DNA from: Candidatus Cloacimonadales bacterium
Lineage (GTDB): Bacteria; Cloacimonadota; Cloacimonadia; Cloacimonadales; JAFGVF01
DNA: 64,000 bases
Direction: 5' to 3'
Assembly: GCA_963662585.1 (NCBI GenBank)
Contig: OY759729.1
Span: 2,432,001 to 2,496,000, forward strand
The notes below the pieces were generated by a model, which did no database searches, was not told where the DNA came from, and saw nothing but the letters and a program-made list of their open reading frames with translations. A program made the translations under genes and the position numbers. Of the stretch, positions 19,023 through 29,477 are shown piece by piece (the stretch's first letter is position 1; each line of letters starts with the position of its first letter).

Positions 19023-20568
19023 TTTTACCTCCCTTATTCACTTGCAACTCATGTTCTAAGGTTCCACTCATCATTAAACCGATTTCAGTAACATCATATT
19101 TTCCGTTAGGAAAGACAGAGACAAAATGACCTGAGTGCATAACAGCAATTCTATCAGCCAACATAAATATTTCATCTAAATCACCAGAAATAAGAATGAT
19201 AGCTTTACCACTGTTTCTTAATTCTAAGATTGTATTGCGGACAAATTCAGTAGCTCCAACATCTAAGCCTCTAGTCGGATACTCGCATATATATAAATCA
19301 CTTTCTGCTTCAATCTCTCGACCGATTATTACTTTCTGTAAATTTCCTCCCGAGAGAAGGAGAGAGGGAAATTCAATTCCTGGTTGAATTATATCATACT
19401 TCTTGACTATCTCATCAGCATACTCTTTCATCATCTTTCTGTTGAGTCCAAAAACATTACTATATTTCTTATATCGGTAAATCTTCATTCCGATATTTTC
19501 CCAAGTAGGACGCTGTCCTGCAACTCCCACATGAATTCTATCTGAAGGAATGTAGCTTATTCCCATAGCGATTTTATCTTTTACACTCAATTTGTTAATC
19601 ACAATATCTTTAAACCAGATCTTGCCATCTCGGAGCTCTCTGATTCCTACAATAGCCTCGGAAAGCTCTGTTTGTCCATTTCCCGAAACTCCTGCAATGC
19701 CGAGAATCTCCCCTGTATTTAATTCAAATGAAAGTGAATCCACTGCTAATAGATTCTTGTCGGAATGAACATGAAGTCCTTCAACAGAAAGTATTTTCTT
19801 TTGATCTAGTTGAGCTTTTCTCTCTAGGAGAGCACCACTTTGTTTACCTACCATCATCATTGATAACTCTTCGGGTGTTACCTCATCAGGAGTAACGGTT
19901 CCGATTAATTTACCCCTTCTTAAAACAGTAATTCTATCTGCTATTCTCCTAACAACCTTCATTTTATGGGAGATAAAGACAACTGATTTACCAGATTCAG
20001 CTATTTTTTTTAAATTTACAAGAAGATTATCTGTCTCTTGTTTAGTAAGAACTGTTGTAGGCTCATCAACTATTAAGACATCAACATCTCTAACTAACAT
20101 TTTTAGAATCTCAGCTTTTTGTTTGAGGCCGATAGGAAGCTTATCTACGATTGCCTCTAAATCTACTTGAAATTTGTATTCTTTGGCATATTGTTCTAAC
20201 TCTTGAGAGATCTTTTTGGTATTTAAATAGAGTTTATTCTTAGGATTTCCTAAAATAATATTTTCCCAAACACTTAAACTTCCTATCAAACTAAATCTCT
20301 GATGAACCATACCAATACCCAGTTCTAAAGCCTCACCAGGATAACTATAGCGTAGTTTCTTCCCTTTATAGAATATATCTCCTGAATCAGGTTCATAGAC
20401 TCCTGTAAGAATATTCATAAGTGTTGTTTTGCCTGTTCCATTCTCTCCTAGTAGAGCGTGAATCTCTCCTTTTTTTAGAGAAAAACTGACATTATCATTT
20501 GCTTTATTACCGAAGAAACTTTTGGTAATATTTTTCATCTCAACTATTAGATTATTATCGGTTTGCAA
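19015..20568 (-). CDS. Nucleoside/sugar ABC transporter ATP-binding protein (tandem NBD)
   Basis: GENGTGKT, DEPT, LSGGNLQK and PTRGLDVGA motifs; likely TTG start at 20568 after GAGG (ORF track extends to 20610). Confidence 0.93.
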   Translation of the reverse strand: MQTDNNLIVEMKNITKSFFGNKANDNVSFSLKKGEIHALLGENGTGKTTLMNILTGVYEPDSGDIFYKGKKLRYSYPGEALELGIGMVHQRFSLIGSLSVWENIILGNPKNKLYLNTKKISQELEQYAKEYKFQVDLEAIVDKLPIGLKQKAEILKMLVRDVDVLIVDEPTTVLTKQETDNLLVNLKKIAESGKSVVFISHKMKVVRRIADRITVLRRGKLIGTVTPDEVTPEELSMMMVGKQSGALLERKAQLDQKKILSVEGLHVHSDKNLLAVDSLSFELNTGEILGIAGVSGNGQTELSEAIVGIRELRDGKIWFKDIVINKLSVKDKIAMGISYIPSDRIHVGVAGQRPTWENIGMKIYRYKKYSNVFGLNRKMMKEYADEIVKKYDIIQPGIEFPSLLLSGGNLQKVIIGREIEAESDLYICEYPTRGLDVGATEFVRNTILELRNSGKAIILISGDLDEIFMLADRIAVMHSGHFVSVFPNGKYDVTEIGLMMSGTLEHELQVNKGGKNV

Positions 20569-20640
20569 AATGTACCTCAACTTTGTTTTTTTATTATTCT
20601 GCTTATCCAATTATTTATATTTATGAAATCTTGTGAAATA

Positions 20641-20680
20641 AAAAATGAGGAAAAGACGATTTAGACTTTTCCTCATTTTT
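20641..20680. terminator. Hairpin/terminator after the BMP lipoprotein gene
   Basis: aaaaatgaggaaaag...cttttcctcattttt. Confidence 0.65.
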
Positions 20681-20699
20681 ACATTCATTTTATAAATCT

Positions 20700-21785
20700 C
20701 TATTTATCAGTTGATTCAGTGTAAACTCCATTAACAAACCAATCAAATTGATTTAACTCTTGATCTTTCATTATGCTACCTTCAGCTACTTTTAAATCGC
20801 CATTATTATCATATAATGGGCCAGCGAAGACTTTGAGTGTTCCATCAATCATTTCTTGTTTCTTTTCATCAACTAATTTAATAACATCTTCAGGAACAGC
20901 AGGATTGAAAGGTGCTAGACCTACGATACCAGTTTCGATACCTAACCAGTAGTTTCCTGATTTCCAAGTTTTATTATGTACTTTCTCTACAACATCAGTA
21001 TAGAATACATCCCAGTTCCAAATAGTAGATGTTAAATTCATTGTAGGAGCAAAATCTCTCATATCAGTATTATAACCGATACACCATACTCCTCTTTCTT
21101 CAGCTGCTTGTTGAGGAGCTGCTGAATCTGCATGTTGAGCAATTAAGTCACAACCTGCATCAATTAATGAAGAAGCATATTCTTTTTCTTTGGCAGGATC
21201 ATACCAACTATTAACAAATACTATTTTCATCTTAGCATCAGGATTGACACTTTGAACGCCTAAATAAAAGGCATTAGCTAAGCGAGTACATTCTGGAATA
21301 GGGAATGGGGCAACATAACCAATTAAATTCTTCTTTGTCATTTTTCCAGCTACTATACCTGCTAAATAACGAGCTTGATACATTTTACCAAAATAGGCAC
21401 TCATATTATCAGTTGTTTTATATCCTGAGCAGTGCATGAAAGTTTTATCAGGATAACTGTTTGCTACATTTAAGGTGTAATCCATAAATCCATAAGAAGT
21501 TGTAAAAATTAAATCACAACCTTGGTCAGCCATTTGTCTGATTGTTCTTTCAGATTCTGCATTCTCTTTAACATTTTCAGCAAAAATTGTCTTTTCTACA
21601 ATATCCATTTTTTCTACTGCTAATCTACCTTCATTATGAGCATAGGTCCAACCTGCATCACCAACAGGGCCGATATAAACAAAACCAACTTTCATTTTAG
21701 AAGCATCGGTAGCTTTTTTATCACCGCAACCAGCTATAAGTACCAATAAACTAATTACTAATAAACCTAAGATTAATTTCTTCAT
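20700..21785 (-). CDS. BMP-family nucleoside-binding lipoprotein
   Basis: Lipobox IAGC; VGFVYIGPVGDAGWTYAH, FTTSYGF, YQARYLAG and SWYDP motifs. Confidence 0.95.
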   Translation of the reverse strand: MKKLILGLLVISLLVLIAGCGDKKATDASKMKVGFVYIGPVGDAGWTYAHNEGRLAVEKMDIVEKTIFAENVKENAESERTIRQMADQGCDLIFTTSYGFMDYTLNVANSYPDKTFMHCSGYKTTDNMSAYFGKMYQARYLAGIVAGKMTKKNLIGYVAPFPIPECTRLANAFYLGVQSVNPDAKMKIVFVNSWYDPAKEKEYASSLIDAGCDLIAQHADSAAPQQAAEERGVWCIGYNTDMRDFAPTMNLTSTIWNWDVFYTDVVEKVHNKTWKSGNYWLGIETGIVGLAPFNPAVPEDVIKLVDEKKQEMIDGTLKVFAGPLYDNNGDLKVAEGSIMKDQELNQFDWFVNGVYTESTDK

Positions 21786-21864
21786 GATTTTATCCTTTCA
21801 TTACTTTTTTGTTTTGTTAGAAAAAGAAAGAGCGAACATTTAGTTCGCTCAAAATTTAGTTAAT

Positions 21865-22569
21865 TTAGAAGTCCCACTTTACAGCAAGTGTAGGGCAGAC
21901 CATAAGGTCTTCGTTAGCACCAAAAATAAAGTTTTGACTGATTTCTATTTCTGAACCGATTGATAATGGATCTAGCCAAGGCAAGTCCCACCAAATTTGT
22001 GGTTCAGTTAATAAAACAAACTGAGAATCTTCAGCAGATTCATCAAAATCAGCATTATCTTGTCCCCAGAAGTCTAAGAATCCGTTAAATACAAGTTGGT
22101 CATCTAAGAACTTCTTTTCCCAAACTAAGGTAATTTGGAAATTAGGATCTTGACCTTCAGCATCTCTTAACCAAGCACTTGTATAGAGTGTTACGAATTT
22201 AAGATTAATAGGATATTGAATACCAGCTAACCAAACATTACCGAATCCACCAAATGTGTTTAAACCATCATTATATTGGATTCCTGCTTGTAAGCCTTTA
22301 ACTTGAGGGATATTAAACATTCTGGTGATTTCCCAGTAAGCTACATTAGCACTATTTCTCTCTATGCCATCTTTGTAATCGAAGTCGATGAAAGAGAATG
22401 TACTACCCCATGGATCAAATTTGAACATTTCGACAGTTGTGGTAAAGTGTTCGCGGTAACCAGCTTCAGTGTCATCTGTGCTTGCTCCGAAATCATAGTG
22501 TAATTGTAAGTTCTGTGCGACTAAAGAAACAGTAAGAACGACAAATAAAAGGGCTAAAAATCGTTTCAT
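21865..22569 (-). CDS. Outer-membrane nucleoside channel (DUF5020/Tsx-like)
   Basis: QNLQLHYDFG...TTTVEMFK.D.WGSTF; LTEPQIW; C-terminal KWDF; first gene of the nucleoside ABC operon. Confidence 0.75.
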   Translation of the reverse strand: MKRFLALLFVVLTVSLVAQNLQLHYDFGASTDDTEAGYREHFTTTVEMFKFDPWGSTFSFIDFDYKDGIERNSANVAYWEITRMFNIPQVKGLQAGIQYNDGLNTFGGFGNVWLAGIQYPINLKFVTLYTSAWLRDAEGQDPNFQITLVWEKKFLDDQLVFNGFLDFWGQDNADFDESAEDSQFVLLTEPQIWWDLPWLDPLSIGSEIEISQNFIFGANEDLMVCPTLAVKWDF

Positions 22570-22808
22570 GTTTTCCTTCCTTATTGTTTTTTTTAAGACA
22601 ATGTTATTTTTACAAGTAAAAGTTGACTTGTCAAGTATTATCTTAACACAAAATTAACATTTCAAATAAAATCTAAGGAAGTAAGGGTTAAATTGTTCTA
22701 GATCAACAAACTAATAAGTCCCATATTGTTAATCTTCTTCTAAGGTAAAGTATAGATAATCCTAGTATTAAGTCTTAATTCAGCCTTGAAAGTATCAAGC
22801 TCTAACAA

Positions 22809-24497
22809 CTATTTATAGAGATATCTCTTAATCTTCATTGTAGGAGTCTTTTCAAATGGCTCGGTCTGTTCTTGAACCTTACTGATTTTAGAAAAGTTAG
22901 AGACTTTGGCATTAACTTCAGTTTTTATATTATCTAGTATTTTAGCTATCTCTCTTTTAAGTTTTGATTCTGATAATGATGGAGTACCATATAATTGGTC
23001 TATATAGTCATAGTTAAGATGAGTTCTGGCTACTAACTTACCGTTTTGTTCTAGAACTAGAGATTCAGAGACAAATTCATTTTCATTAATGATTGATTCA
23101 ATCTCCTCAGGATAAATATTTTCACCACTTGAACCAATAATCACATTTTTTAACCTTCCTTTTATATAAAGAAAGCCTCTCTTAAGTACTCCCAAGTCTC
23201 CTGTCATGAAGTAACCATCATCTGTAAAGACGGACTTTGTAGTAGCTTCATCTTTATAATATCCCTTCATCACACTATCACCTTTAACTACTATTTCTCC
23301 TTCTCCTGTTTCAGGATTAGTGTTGATTAGTTTGTATTGGAGATTATAAACTACAGGACCTGTTGATCTGTAGCGAGTTTTCGCAGGAGGAGCCCCAGCG
23401 ATTAAGGGGGAAGTCTCTGTTAAACCGTAACCTATAGAATAAGGGAAATTACAGTCTTGTAGGAATTTTTCCACATCAGATGCTATTTTTGCCCCACCTA
23501 TACCGAAGAATTTTAAGTGTCCGCCAAAGGTTTTATATAATTTCTTACCAGCAATATTATGGAGTGCTTTTCTTATCATAGGAATTGAGTATAGAAATCT
23601 CATAAATGGTTTGGAGGTAAGGCTTGGATGTATTTTATTTTTAAAGATTTTTTCCATAATAAGAGGAACACTTAACATAATGGTAGGTTTTACCTTAGAT
23701 AGGGCTGGAAGTAAAACACTAGGAGTAGGTGGACGCCTTAAATAGGTGATTTTGCTGTTGTGCATTAAGGGAAAGAGGAAACCTAAAGTACTTTCATAGG
23801 TATGAGGTAAAGGTAAAATAGAAATTAGTCTGTCATGTTCATCCATAGGCTGGACACTAAAACAGGCTTGAATATTAGTAATCAAATTTTTATGAGTAAG
23901 CATCACACCTTTTGATTGGCCTGTAGTTCCTGAAGTGTAAATTATCACCGCAGTATCATTTTCATCAATGTGTTTATTTTTAAATCCCGCAATCTCTCCA
24001 ATAATCCCTGTTTTATCCAAGACAGAATCTCTTCTATCTAATAATTTAGATTTTATTTTAGCCATTGAAGATGGAGGGTTAATTATATGAAAGTCTTCAA
24101 TTTGAATTGCTATAATATCTTTTTCAGCACCAAAGAGTGTTTCAAATTTAGGGAAAAGCTTGTTTGACACAAAGATAGCTTTAGCTTCTGAATGTCTGAG
24201 AATATGATGGATCTCATTTTCATGAAATTCTGTCAGAATGGGGACTACAATTGCACCTAGAGAGACGATAGCTAAATAAGATATACACCAATTTGGGGAA
24301 TTCTCACTTAAGATCGATACTTTATCTCCATGTCTAATTCCCTGTTCCTTAAGGAGATTAGCTATGGCCTTGTACTTCTCTCCTAATTCTTTATATTTGA
24401 TTGCTTTTTCATCTAACCAAGTCAAAGCATCTTTATTAGGAAATCTTTCAATTGCATCATTAATATTTTCTATTATTGTTTTTTTCATTCTTTTCAT
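22809..24497 (-). CDS. Long-chain fatty acid-CoA ligase
   Basis: IYTSGTTGQSKGVMLTH, GYGLTETSP, FMTGDLG, SGENIYPEEIE and KTPTMKIKR motifs. Confidence 0.92.
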   Translation of the reverse strand: MKRMKKTIIENINDAIERFPNKDALTWLDEKAIKYKELGEKYKAIANLLKEQGIRHGDKVSILSENSPNWCISYLAIVSLGAIVVPILTEFHENEIHHILRHSEAKAIFVSNKLFPKFETLFGAEKDIIAIQIEDFHIINPPSSMAKIKSKLLDRRDSVLDKTGIIGEIAGFKNKHIDENDTAVIIYTSGTTGQSKGVMLTHKNLITNIQACFSVQPMDEHDRLISILPLPHTYESTLGFLFPLMHNSKITYLRRPPTPSVLLPALSKVKPTIMLSVPLIMEKIFKNKIHPSLTSKPFMRFLYSIPMIRKALHNIAGKKLYKTFGGHLKFFGIGGAKIASDVEKFLQDCNFPYSIGYGLTETSPLIAGAPPAKTRYRSTGPVVYNLQYKLINTNPETGEGEIVVKGDSVMKGYYKDEATTKSVFTDDGYFMTGDLGVLKRGFLYIKGRLKNVIIGSSGENIYPEEIESIINENEFVSESLVLEQNGKLVARTHLNYDYIDQLYGTPSLSESKLKREIAKILDNIKTEVNAKVSNFSKISKVQEQTEPFEKTPTMKIKRYLYK

Positions 24498-24827
24498 ATA
24501 CTCACCTATTATTAATTGCTCAACTAAAATTATTGTTCATTTCATGTCAATAAGAAGGAGCGACTTATCAGCAAAAAACATAAAAATCTTGAAAATAATA
24601 TATTTTAAATTATTCATCTTCAATTAACAAAATACATTTCTTTTCCTTTAATAACAAGATATTATTATCAGCATAAGTTATATTATATAAGCAATTTCTG
24701 AGATGTCAAATAATTTTTTACCAAATAAGAAATTTAATATTTGACAGTTTTGAGGATTTTATATAAATTTGGCTTTAAGAAATTTTGGGATGAATTTTTA
24801 CAAATAAATAAATTAGGAGGTCGTATT

Positions 24828-25190
24828 ATGAAAACTCTAGCTGATTTAAGAAAAATTAGAGAGAAAGCTCAAAACGACATGAAACTAAGAAACAGTGAAA
24901 CAAGAGTAAAAGTTGTTGTAGGCATGGGTACATCCGGCATAGCAATGGGTGCTCGTGAAGTTATGAAAGCTTTTTTAGACGAAATCGCTAATAGACAACT
25001 TCATGATGTTTTAGTAACTCAAACTGGTGAAAAGGGATTATCATCTATGGAACCAGTGGTAGATGTAATTATTGATGGCACAATTAGTGTTACTTATGGC
25101 AATATGAATGCCGAAAAAGTTAAAAAAGTGGTAGCAGAACATATTGTTAACGGCAATCCTGTCAATGACTTCATAATTTCAACTGACTAA
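24828..25190 (+). CDS. HndB/HydD-like thioredoxin-fold hydrogenase subunit lacking cysteines
   Basis: VVVGMGTSGIAMGAREV...QTGEKGLSSMEPVVDV...TYG...EHI; AGGAGG RBS before ATG 24828; TTGACA-17-TAAATT promoter at 24761. Confidence 0.85.
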   Translation: MKTLADLRKIREKAQNDMKLRNSETRVKVVVGMGTSGIAMGAREVMKAFLDEIANRQLHDVLVTQTGEKGLSSMEPVVDVIIDGTISVTYGNMNAEKVKKVVAEHIVNGNPVNDFIISTD

Positions 25191-25210
25191 CAACCCATAA
25201 GGATTTTTTT

Positions 25211-25666
25211 ATGTATCAGGAAATATTTAAAAAATACGAACCCACTAAAGATAATTTAATCTATATCTTACATGACATACAAGATAGCCACCCTCAACAG
25301 TATATTACTGAGGAAGCTGTCCTATCTGTATCAAAATATATCAATGTCCCAATTAACCATATCTATGGTGTCATAACCTTCTACGGTATGTTCTCTACAA
25401 AACCTCGTGGAAGAAATATTATTAGACTATGTGAGTCACCTCCTTGCTATTTAAAAGGTTGTGATAATATCTATAGAAAACTAAAAGAAATCTTAAATAT
25501 TAAACAAAATGAAACTACTGAAGATGGTATATTTACCTTAGAATTATGTGCTTGCCTTGGAGTATGTGGTAATGCTCCTGTTATGATGATTAATAACGAT
25601 ATTTATGGTGACCTTACTGAAGAGAAAGTTGTCAAAATTATTAAAGACATCAAAGGAGAAAAGTAA
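25211..25666 (+). CDS. NuoE-like [2Fe-2S] hydrogenase subunit (HndA/HydC)
   Basis: IRLCESPPC...ACLGVCGNAPVMMIN. Confidence 0.93.
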   Translation: MYQEIFKKYEPTKDNLIYILHDIQDSHPQQYITEEAVLSVSKYINVPINHIYGVITFYGMFSTKPRGRNIIRLCESPPCYLKGCDNIYRKLKEILNIKQNETTEDGIFTLELCACLGVCGNAPVMMINNDIYGDLTEEKVVKIIKDIKGEK

Positions 25667-27225
25667 TGAAATTCTATCGTAGCCACATTTTATTAGGTAT
25701 TAATGAAACTTCTATCGAAGCTGGTGCTAAAAAGATTGAACTAGCTTTAAAAGCAGAACTTTCTAAAAGAAACCTCCAAGACGAAATTGATGTTTTAGAG
25801 ACAGGCCCTCTTGGCTTCTTTGCAAAAGGTGTTTGCCTTAAGGTATATCCTGAAAATACTCTCTATGAAAATGTTACAGTGGAAGATATCCCTGAATTAG
25901 TTGAAGAACACTTCCTTAAAGGAAGACCTGTTAAAAGATTATTAGCCTCAACAACAAGAGTTGAAGCTTATGATTTTAACTATAAAGAGAGAAATGTATT
26001 AGAAAACTCAGGTATTATTGACCCTGAAGATATCGAAGAATATATCGGTGTTGGCGGTTATGAAGCTTGGGAAAAAGCCTTATTAGAAATGACTACTGAT
26101 GAGATTATCTCTGAAGTTAAAGAATCAGGCTTAAGAGGTCGTGGTGGCGCAGGTTTCCCTACTGGCCTTAAATGGAGCTTTACTGCCCCAATCGATTCTC
26201 CTGAAAAACATTTAGTAATCAATGCTGACGAAGGTGAACCAGGTACTTTTAAAGATAGATTAATCATGGAAGGCGATCCTCATAAACTTCTTGAAGGTAT
26301 GATGATTGCTTGTCGTGCTATCGGTGCTAACAAAGGTTTTATCTATATCAGAGGTGAATATAAACTCTGTATTGAAAGATTAAGACATGCTATTAACCAA
26401 TGTAGATCTTATGGCATCCTTGGTGAAGATATCTTTGGTAGTGGTTTCAACTTAGATTTTGATATCAAAGTTGGTGCTGGTGCTTATGTATGTGGTGAAG
26501 AAACAGCTCTGATTGAATCATTAGAAGGTAATAGAGGTAATCCTCGCTTTAAACCACCATTCCCTGGTGTAAAAGGTTTATGGCAAACTCCTACAGTTGT
26601 TAATAATGTAGAAACAATCGCTAATGTTCCTACTATTATTAATAAAGGTGCTGAGTGGTATAAGAGTCTTGGTGTTAATGGTGCAACTGGAACAAAAGTT
26701 TACACTTTAATGGGTGATGTTGCAATGCCTGGACTTACAGAAGTACCTATGGGAATTACCCTTAGAGATATTATTAATAAGTATGGCGGAGGAATGTTAA
26801 AAGGTAAAAAATTCAAAGCTGCTCTCGTTGGTGGAGCTGCTGGTGTAATTTTATCTGATAAACTTCTTGACGTAAAAATGGATTATGAGAGTTTGAAAGA
26901 GTACACTGCAGTGTTAGGTTCAGGCGCTATTATGGTTATGGGTGAAGAGGTAGATATGGTTGAAATGCTTTGGTCTATTCTCCGTTTCTTCCGCCACGAA
27001 TCTTGTGGAAAATGTTTCCCATGCCGTTTAGGAACCCAACAGCTGTATAATATTATCTGTAAAATTAGAGATGGCCAAGGTAAAGAAGAAGATTTAGAAA
27101 GTATGATTATGCTTTCAGATGCCATGTTGAAGAGTTCATTCTGTGCTCTTGGACAATCACCTTATATGCCAATTAAGAGTTCAATTTTGAACTTTAGAAA
27201 TGATTTTTTAAAAAGAATTAAATAA
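25666..27225 (+). CDS. NuoF-like FMN/NADH-binding hydrogenase subunit (HndC/HydB), short form
   Basis: SGLRGRGGAGFPTG, NADEGEPGTFKDR, GAGAYVCGEETAL and ESCGKCFPCR motifs. Confidence 0.95.
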   Translation: MKFYRSHILLGINETSIEAGAKKIELALKAELSKRNLQDEIDVLETGPLGFFAKGVCLKVYPENTLYENVTVEDIPELVEEHFLKGRPVKRLLASTTRVEAYDFNYKERNVLENSGIIDPEDIEEYIGVGGYEAWEKALLEMTTDEIISEVKESGLRGRGGAGFPTGLKWSFTAPIDSPEKHLVINADEGEPGTFKDRLIMEGDPHKLLEGMMIACRAIGANKGFIYIRGEYKLCIERLRHAINQCRSYGILGEDIFGSGFNLDFDIKVGAGAYVCGEETALIESLEGNRGNPRFKPPFPGVKGLWQTPTVVNNVETIANVPTIINKGAEWYKSLGVNGATGTKVYTLMGDVAMPGLTEVPMGITLRDIINKYGGGMLKGKKFKAALVGGAAGVILSDKLLDVKMDYESLKEYTAVLGSGAIMVMGEEVDMVEMLWSILRFFRHESCGKCFPCRLGTQQLYNIICKIRDGQGKEEDLESMIMLSDAMLKSSFCALGQSPYMPIKSSILNFRNDFLKRIK

Positions 27226-27245
27226 ATAGATCTGGAGATGTAAAG

Positions 27246-29033
27246 ATGAAAATGATTAACTTAACAATCAATAATGTTCCTGTAGAAGTTCCAGAAGGCA
27301 CAACTATTATAAAGGCTGCTTTAAAAGCTGGATTTAAAGTTCCTTCTTTATGCTGGCATCCTGACTTAGCTCCTACAGCAGCTTGTGGAATCTGTGTATG
27401 CGATGTGGAAGGCTATGGTGTTCCTAAAAGAGCATGTGCTACTCCTGTTACTGAAGGAATGAAAGTTAATACTAATAGCAAAGAATTAAGAGAATTAAGA
27501 AAAACTATTTTAGAATTAGTTCTATCTAATCATGATGTAAAATGTCCTACTTGTGTTGCTAATGGCAAATGTGAATTACAGCAATTAGCTTACACTATGG
27601 ATATCGATATGGAAAAAGTTCCTAAATTATTAGAAATGCATCCAATTGACTATTCAAGTCCTTCAATCGTAAGAGATAGAAATAAATGTATCAACTGTGG
27701 TCGTTGTATCACTGTATGTAACGAAATCCAAACTGTTAATGCTTTAACATTTGCAGATCGTGGTTTCGAAGCTCATGTTGACACAGCTATGAGCTGGGGA
27801 ATCGGTAATAGTGCTTGTGTTAATTGTGGTCAATGTACAGTTTACTGCCCAACAGGTGCTTTAAGAGAGAAAGACGATACTGATAAAGTATGGGATGCTC
27901 TTTTAGATCCAACTAAACATGTTGTGGTTCAAGAAGCTCCATCTATCCGTGCATCATTAGGTGATGAATTCGGTATGGATATGGGTACTGTAACTCCTGG
28001 TAAAATGTATGCAGCTTTAAGAGCTCTTGGTTTTGATTCAGTTATGGATACTAACTTCACTGCTGACCTTACAATCATGGAAGAAGGTACAGAGTGTGTT
28101 GAGAATCTTAAGAAACATTCTGGAAAACCTGTTATTACTTCATGTTCTCCTGGTTGGGTTAAATTTGTTGAAACTTATTACCCTGACTTAACTCCTTATG
28201 TTTCAACTGCTAAATCACCAATGTCAATGTTTGGTGCTTTATCAAAAACTTACTATCCTGAAACTCATGGTTTAGATCCTAAAGATATCGTTTCAGTTGC
28301 TATCATGCCTTGTACAGCTAAGAAATTCGAAGCTCAAAGACCTGAACTTAGTAACAATGGATTACAGGATACTGACATAGTTCTTACTACTCGTGAATTC
28401 TTGAGAATGATCCACGAAGCTGGTATCGACTTTAAAAATATCGCAGAAGCAAAACCTGATGAAGGAATGAGTTTCTACACTGGTGCTGGTACTATCTTTG
28501 GTGCTACTGGTGGTGTTATGGAAGCTGCTATCCGTTCAGCTTATTTCTTAGTAACTGGTGAAGATTTAGAAAATCCTAATATCGAAGCAGTTCGTGGACT
28601 TAAAGGCGTGAAAGAAGCTGTTATTACTATCCCTGGTTTCGGTGATGTAAAAGTTGCAGTTGCTAACGGTTTAGGTAATGCTAGAAAAGTTATGGATAAA
28701 ATCCAACAACAAATTAACGAAACTGGTTCAACTGAATATCACTTCGTAGAAATCATGGCTTGCCCAGGTGGATGCGTTGGTGGTGGTGGACAACCATTCG
28801 GTAACAGCATTGCTGATCGTGCTAGAAGAGGTGAAGCTCTTTATAAAGAAGATGCAAATCTTGAATTTAGATGCTCTCATCATAACCCTGAAATAACTAA
28901 AATCTATAAAGAATATTTAGATACTCCAGGTTCTCACAAAGCACATAAATTACTTCATACTCACTACTACGGTAGAGATAAGTTCAAAGGTCATGTTGAA
29001 AAACAAACTACAGGTTTAGATTCAAAACACTAA
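27246..29033 (+). CDS. hydA: [FeFe]-hydrogenase catalytic subunit, multimeric group A type (HndD/HydA)
   Basis: N-terminal [2Fe-2S], His-ligated and 2x[4Fe-4S] motifs; H-cluster motifs TSCSPGW, MPCTAKKFE and EIMACPGGCVGGGGQP. Confidence 0.97.
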   Translation: MKMINLTINNVPVEVPEGTTIIKAALKAGFKVPSLCWHPDLAPTAACGICVCDVEGYGVPKRACATPVTEGMKVNTNSKELRELRKTILELVLSNHDVKCPTCVANGKCELQQLAYTMDIDMEKVPKLLEMHPIDYSSPSIVRDRNKCINCGRCITVCNEIQTVNALTFADRGFEAHVDTAMSWGIGNSACVNCGQCTVYCPTGALREKDDTDKVWDALLDPTKHVVVQEAPSIRASLGDEFGMDMGTVTPGKMYAALRALGFDSVMDTNFTADLTIMEEGTECVENLKKHSGKPVITSCSPGWVKFVETYYPDLTPYVSTAKSPMSMFGALSKTYYPETHGLDPKDIVSVAIMPCTAKKFEAQRPELSNNGLQDTDIVLTTREFLRMIHEAGIDFKNIAEAKPDEGMSFYTGAGTIFGATGGVMEAAIRSAYFLVTGEDLENPNIEAVRGLKGVKEAVITIPGFGDVKVAVANGLGNARKVMDKIQQQINETGSTEYHFVEIMACPGGCVGGGGQPFGNSIADRARRGEALYKEDANLEFRCSHHNPEITKIYKEYLDTPGSHKAHKLLHTHYYGRDKFKGHVEKQTTGLDSKH

Positions 29034-29055
29034 TATCCTGCTAGAATTATAAATT

Positions 29056-29083
29056 AAGAGGCGAATTTTTATATTCGCCTCTT
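29056..29083 (+). terminator. Intrinsic terminator after the hydrogenase operon
   Basis: aagaggcgaat...attcgcctctt hairpin. Confidence 0.7.
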
Positions 29084-29237
29084 TAATTATGCCTACTAAA
29101 ATCCCAATTTATCCTGATTATTATTGCTTCATAATTAGATTATTATAATAGCAATGATCTTTATACTAAAAGAATAAAATTTGCTCTTCAAGAAAAAATC
29201 GTTACTTTTTAAGTAAAATTTGTTTATAGGAGTTTCC

Positions 29238-29477
29238 ATGAAAAAACAAAGTATGCTTAAAATTGTTAATGTCATACTCTTTATTGCATTTATTACAACT
29301 ATTATTAGTATATTTATCTATGATATAATCCCATCTAGTCTCAATGGAAATGAGGTTCTTGGAGAGATTCATGAGACTGCTGGGATGATTTTTGCAATTT
29401 TTGCTTTTGTACATATTGGCTTTAACTGGAAATGGATCAAAACACAAATATTTAAAAAGAAGGGAGAAAAGAAATGA
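29238..29477 (+). CDS. Small two-TM His-containing membrane protein, DUF4405-like
   Basis: IH...G.IF......H...NW.WI pattern; AGGAG RBS before ATG 29238. Confidence 0.75.
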   Translation: MKKQSMLKIVNVILFIAFITTIISIFIYDIIPSSLNGNEVLGEIHETAGMIFAIFAFVHIGFNWKWIKTQIFKKKGEKK

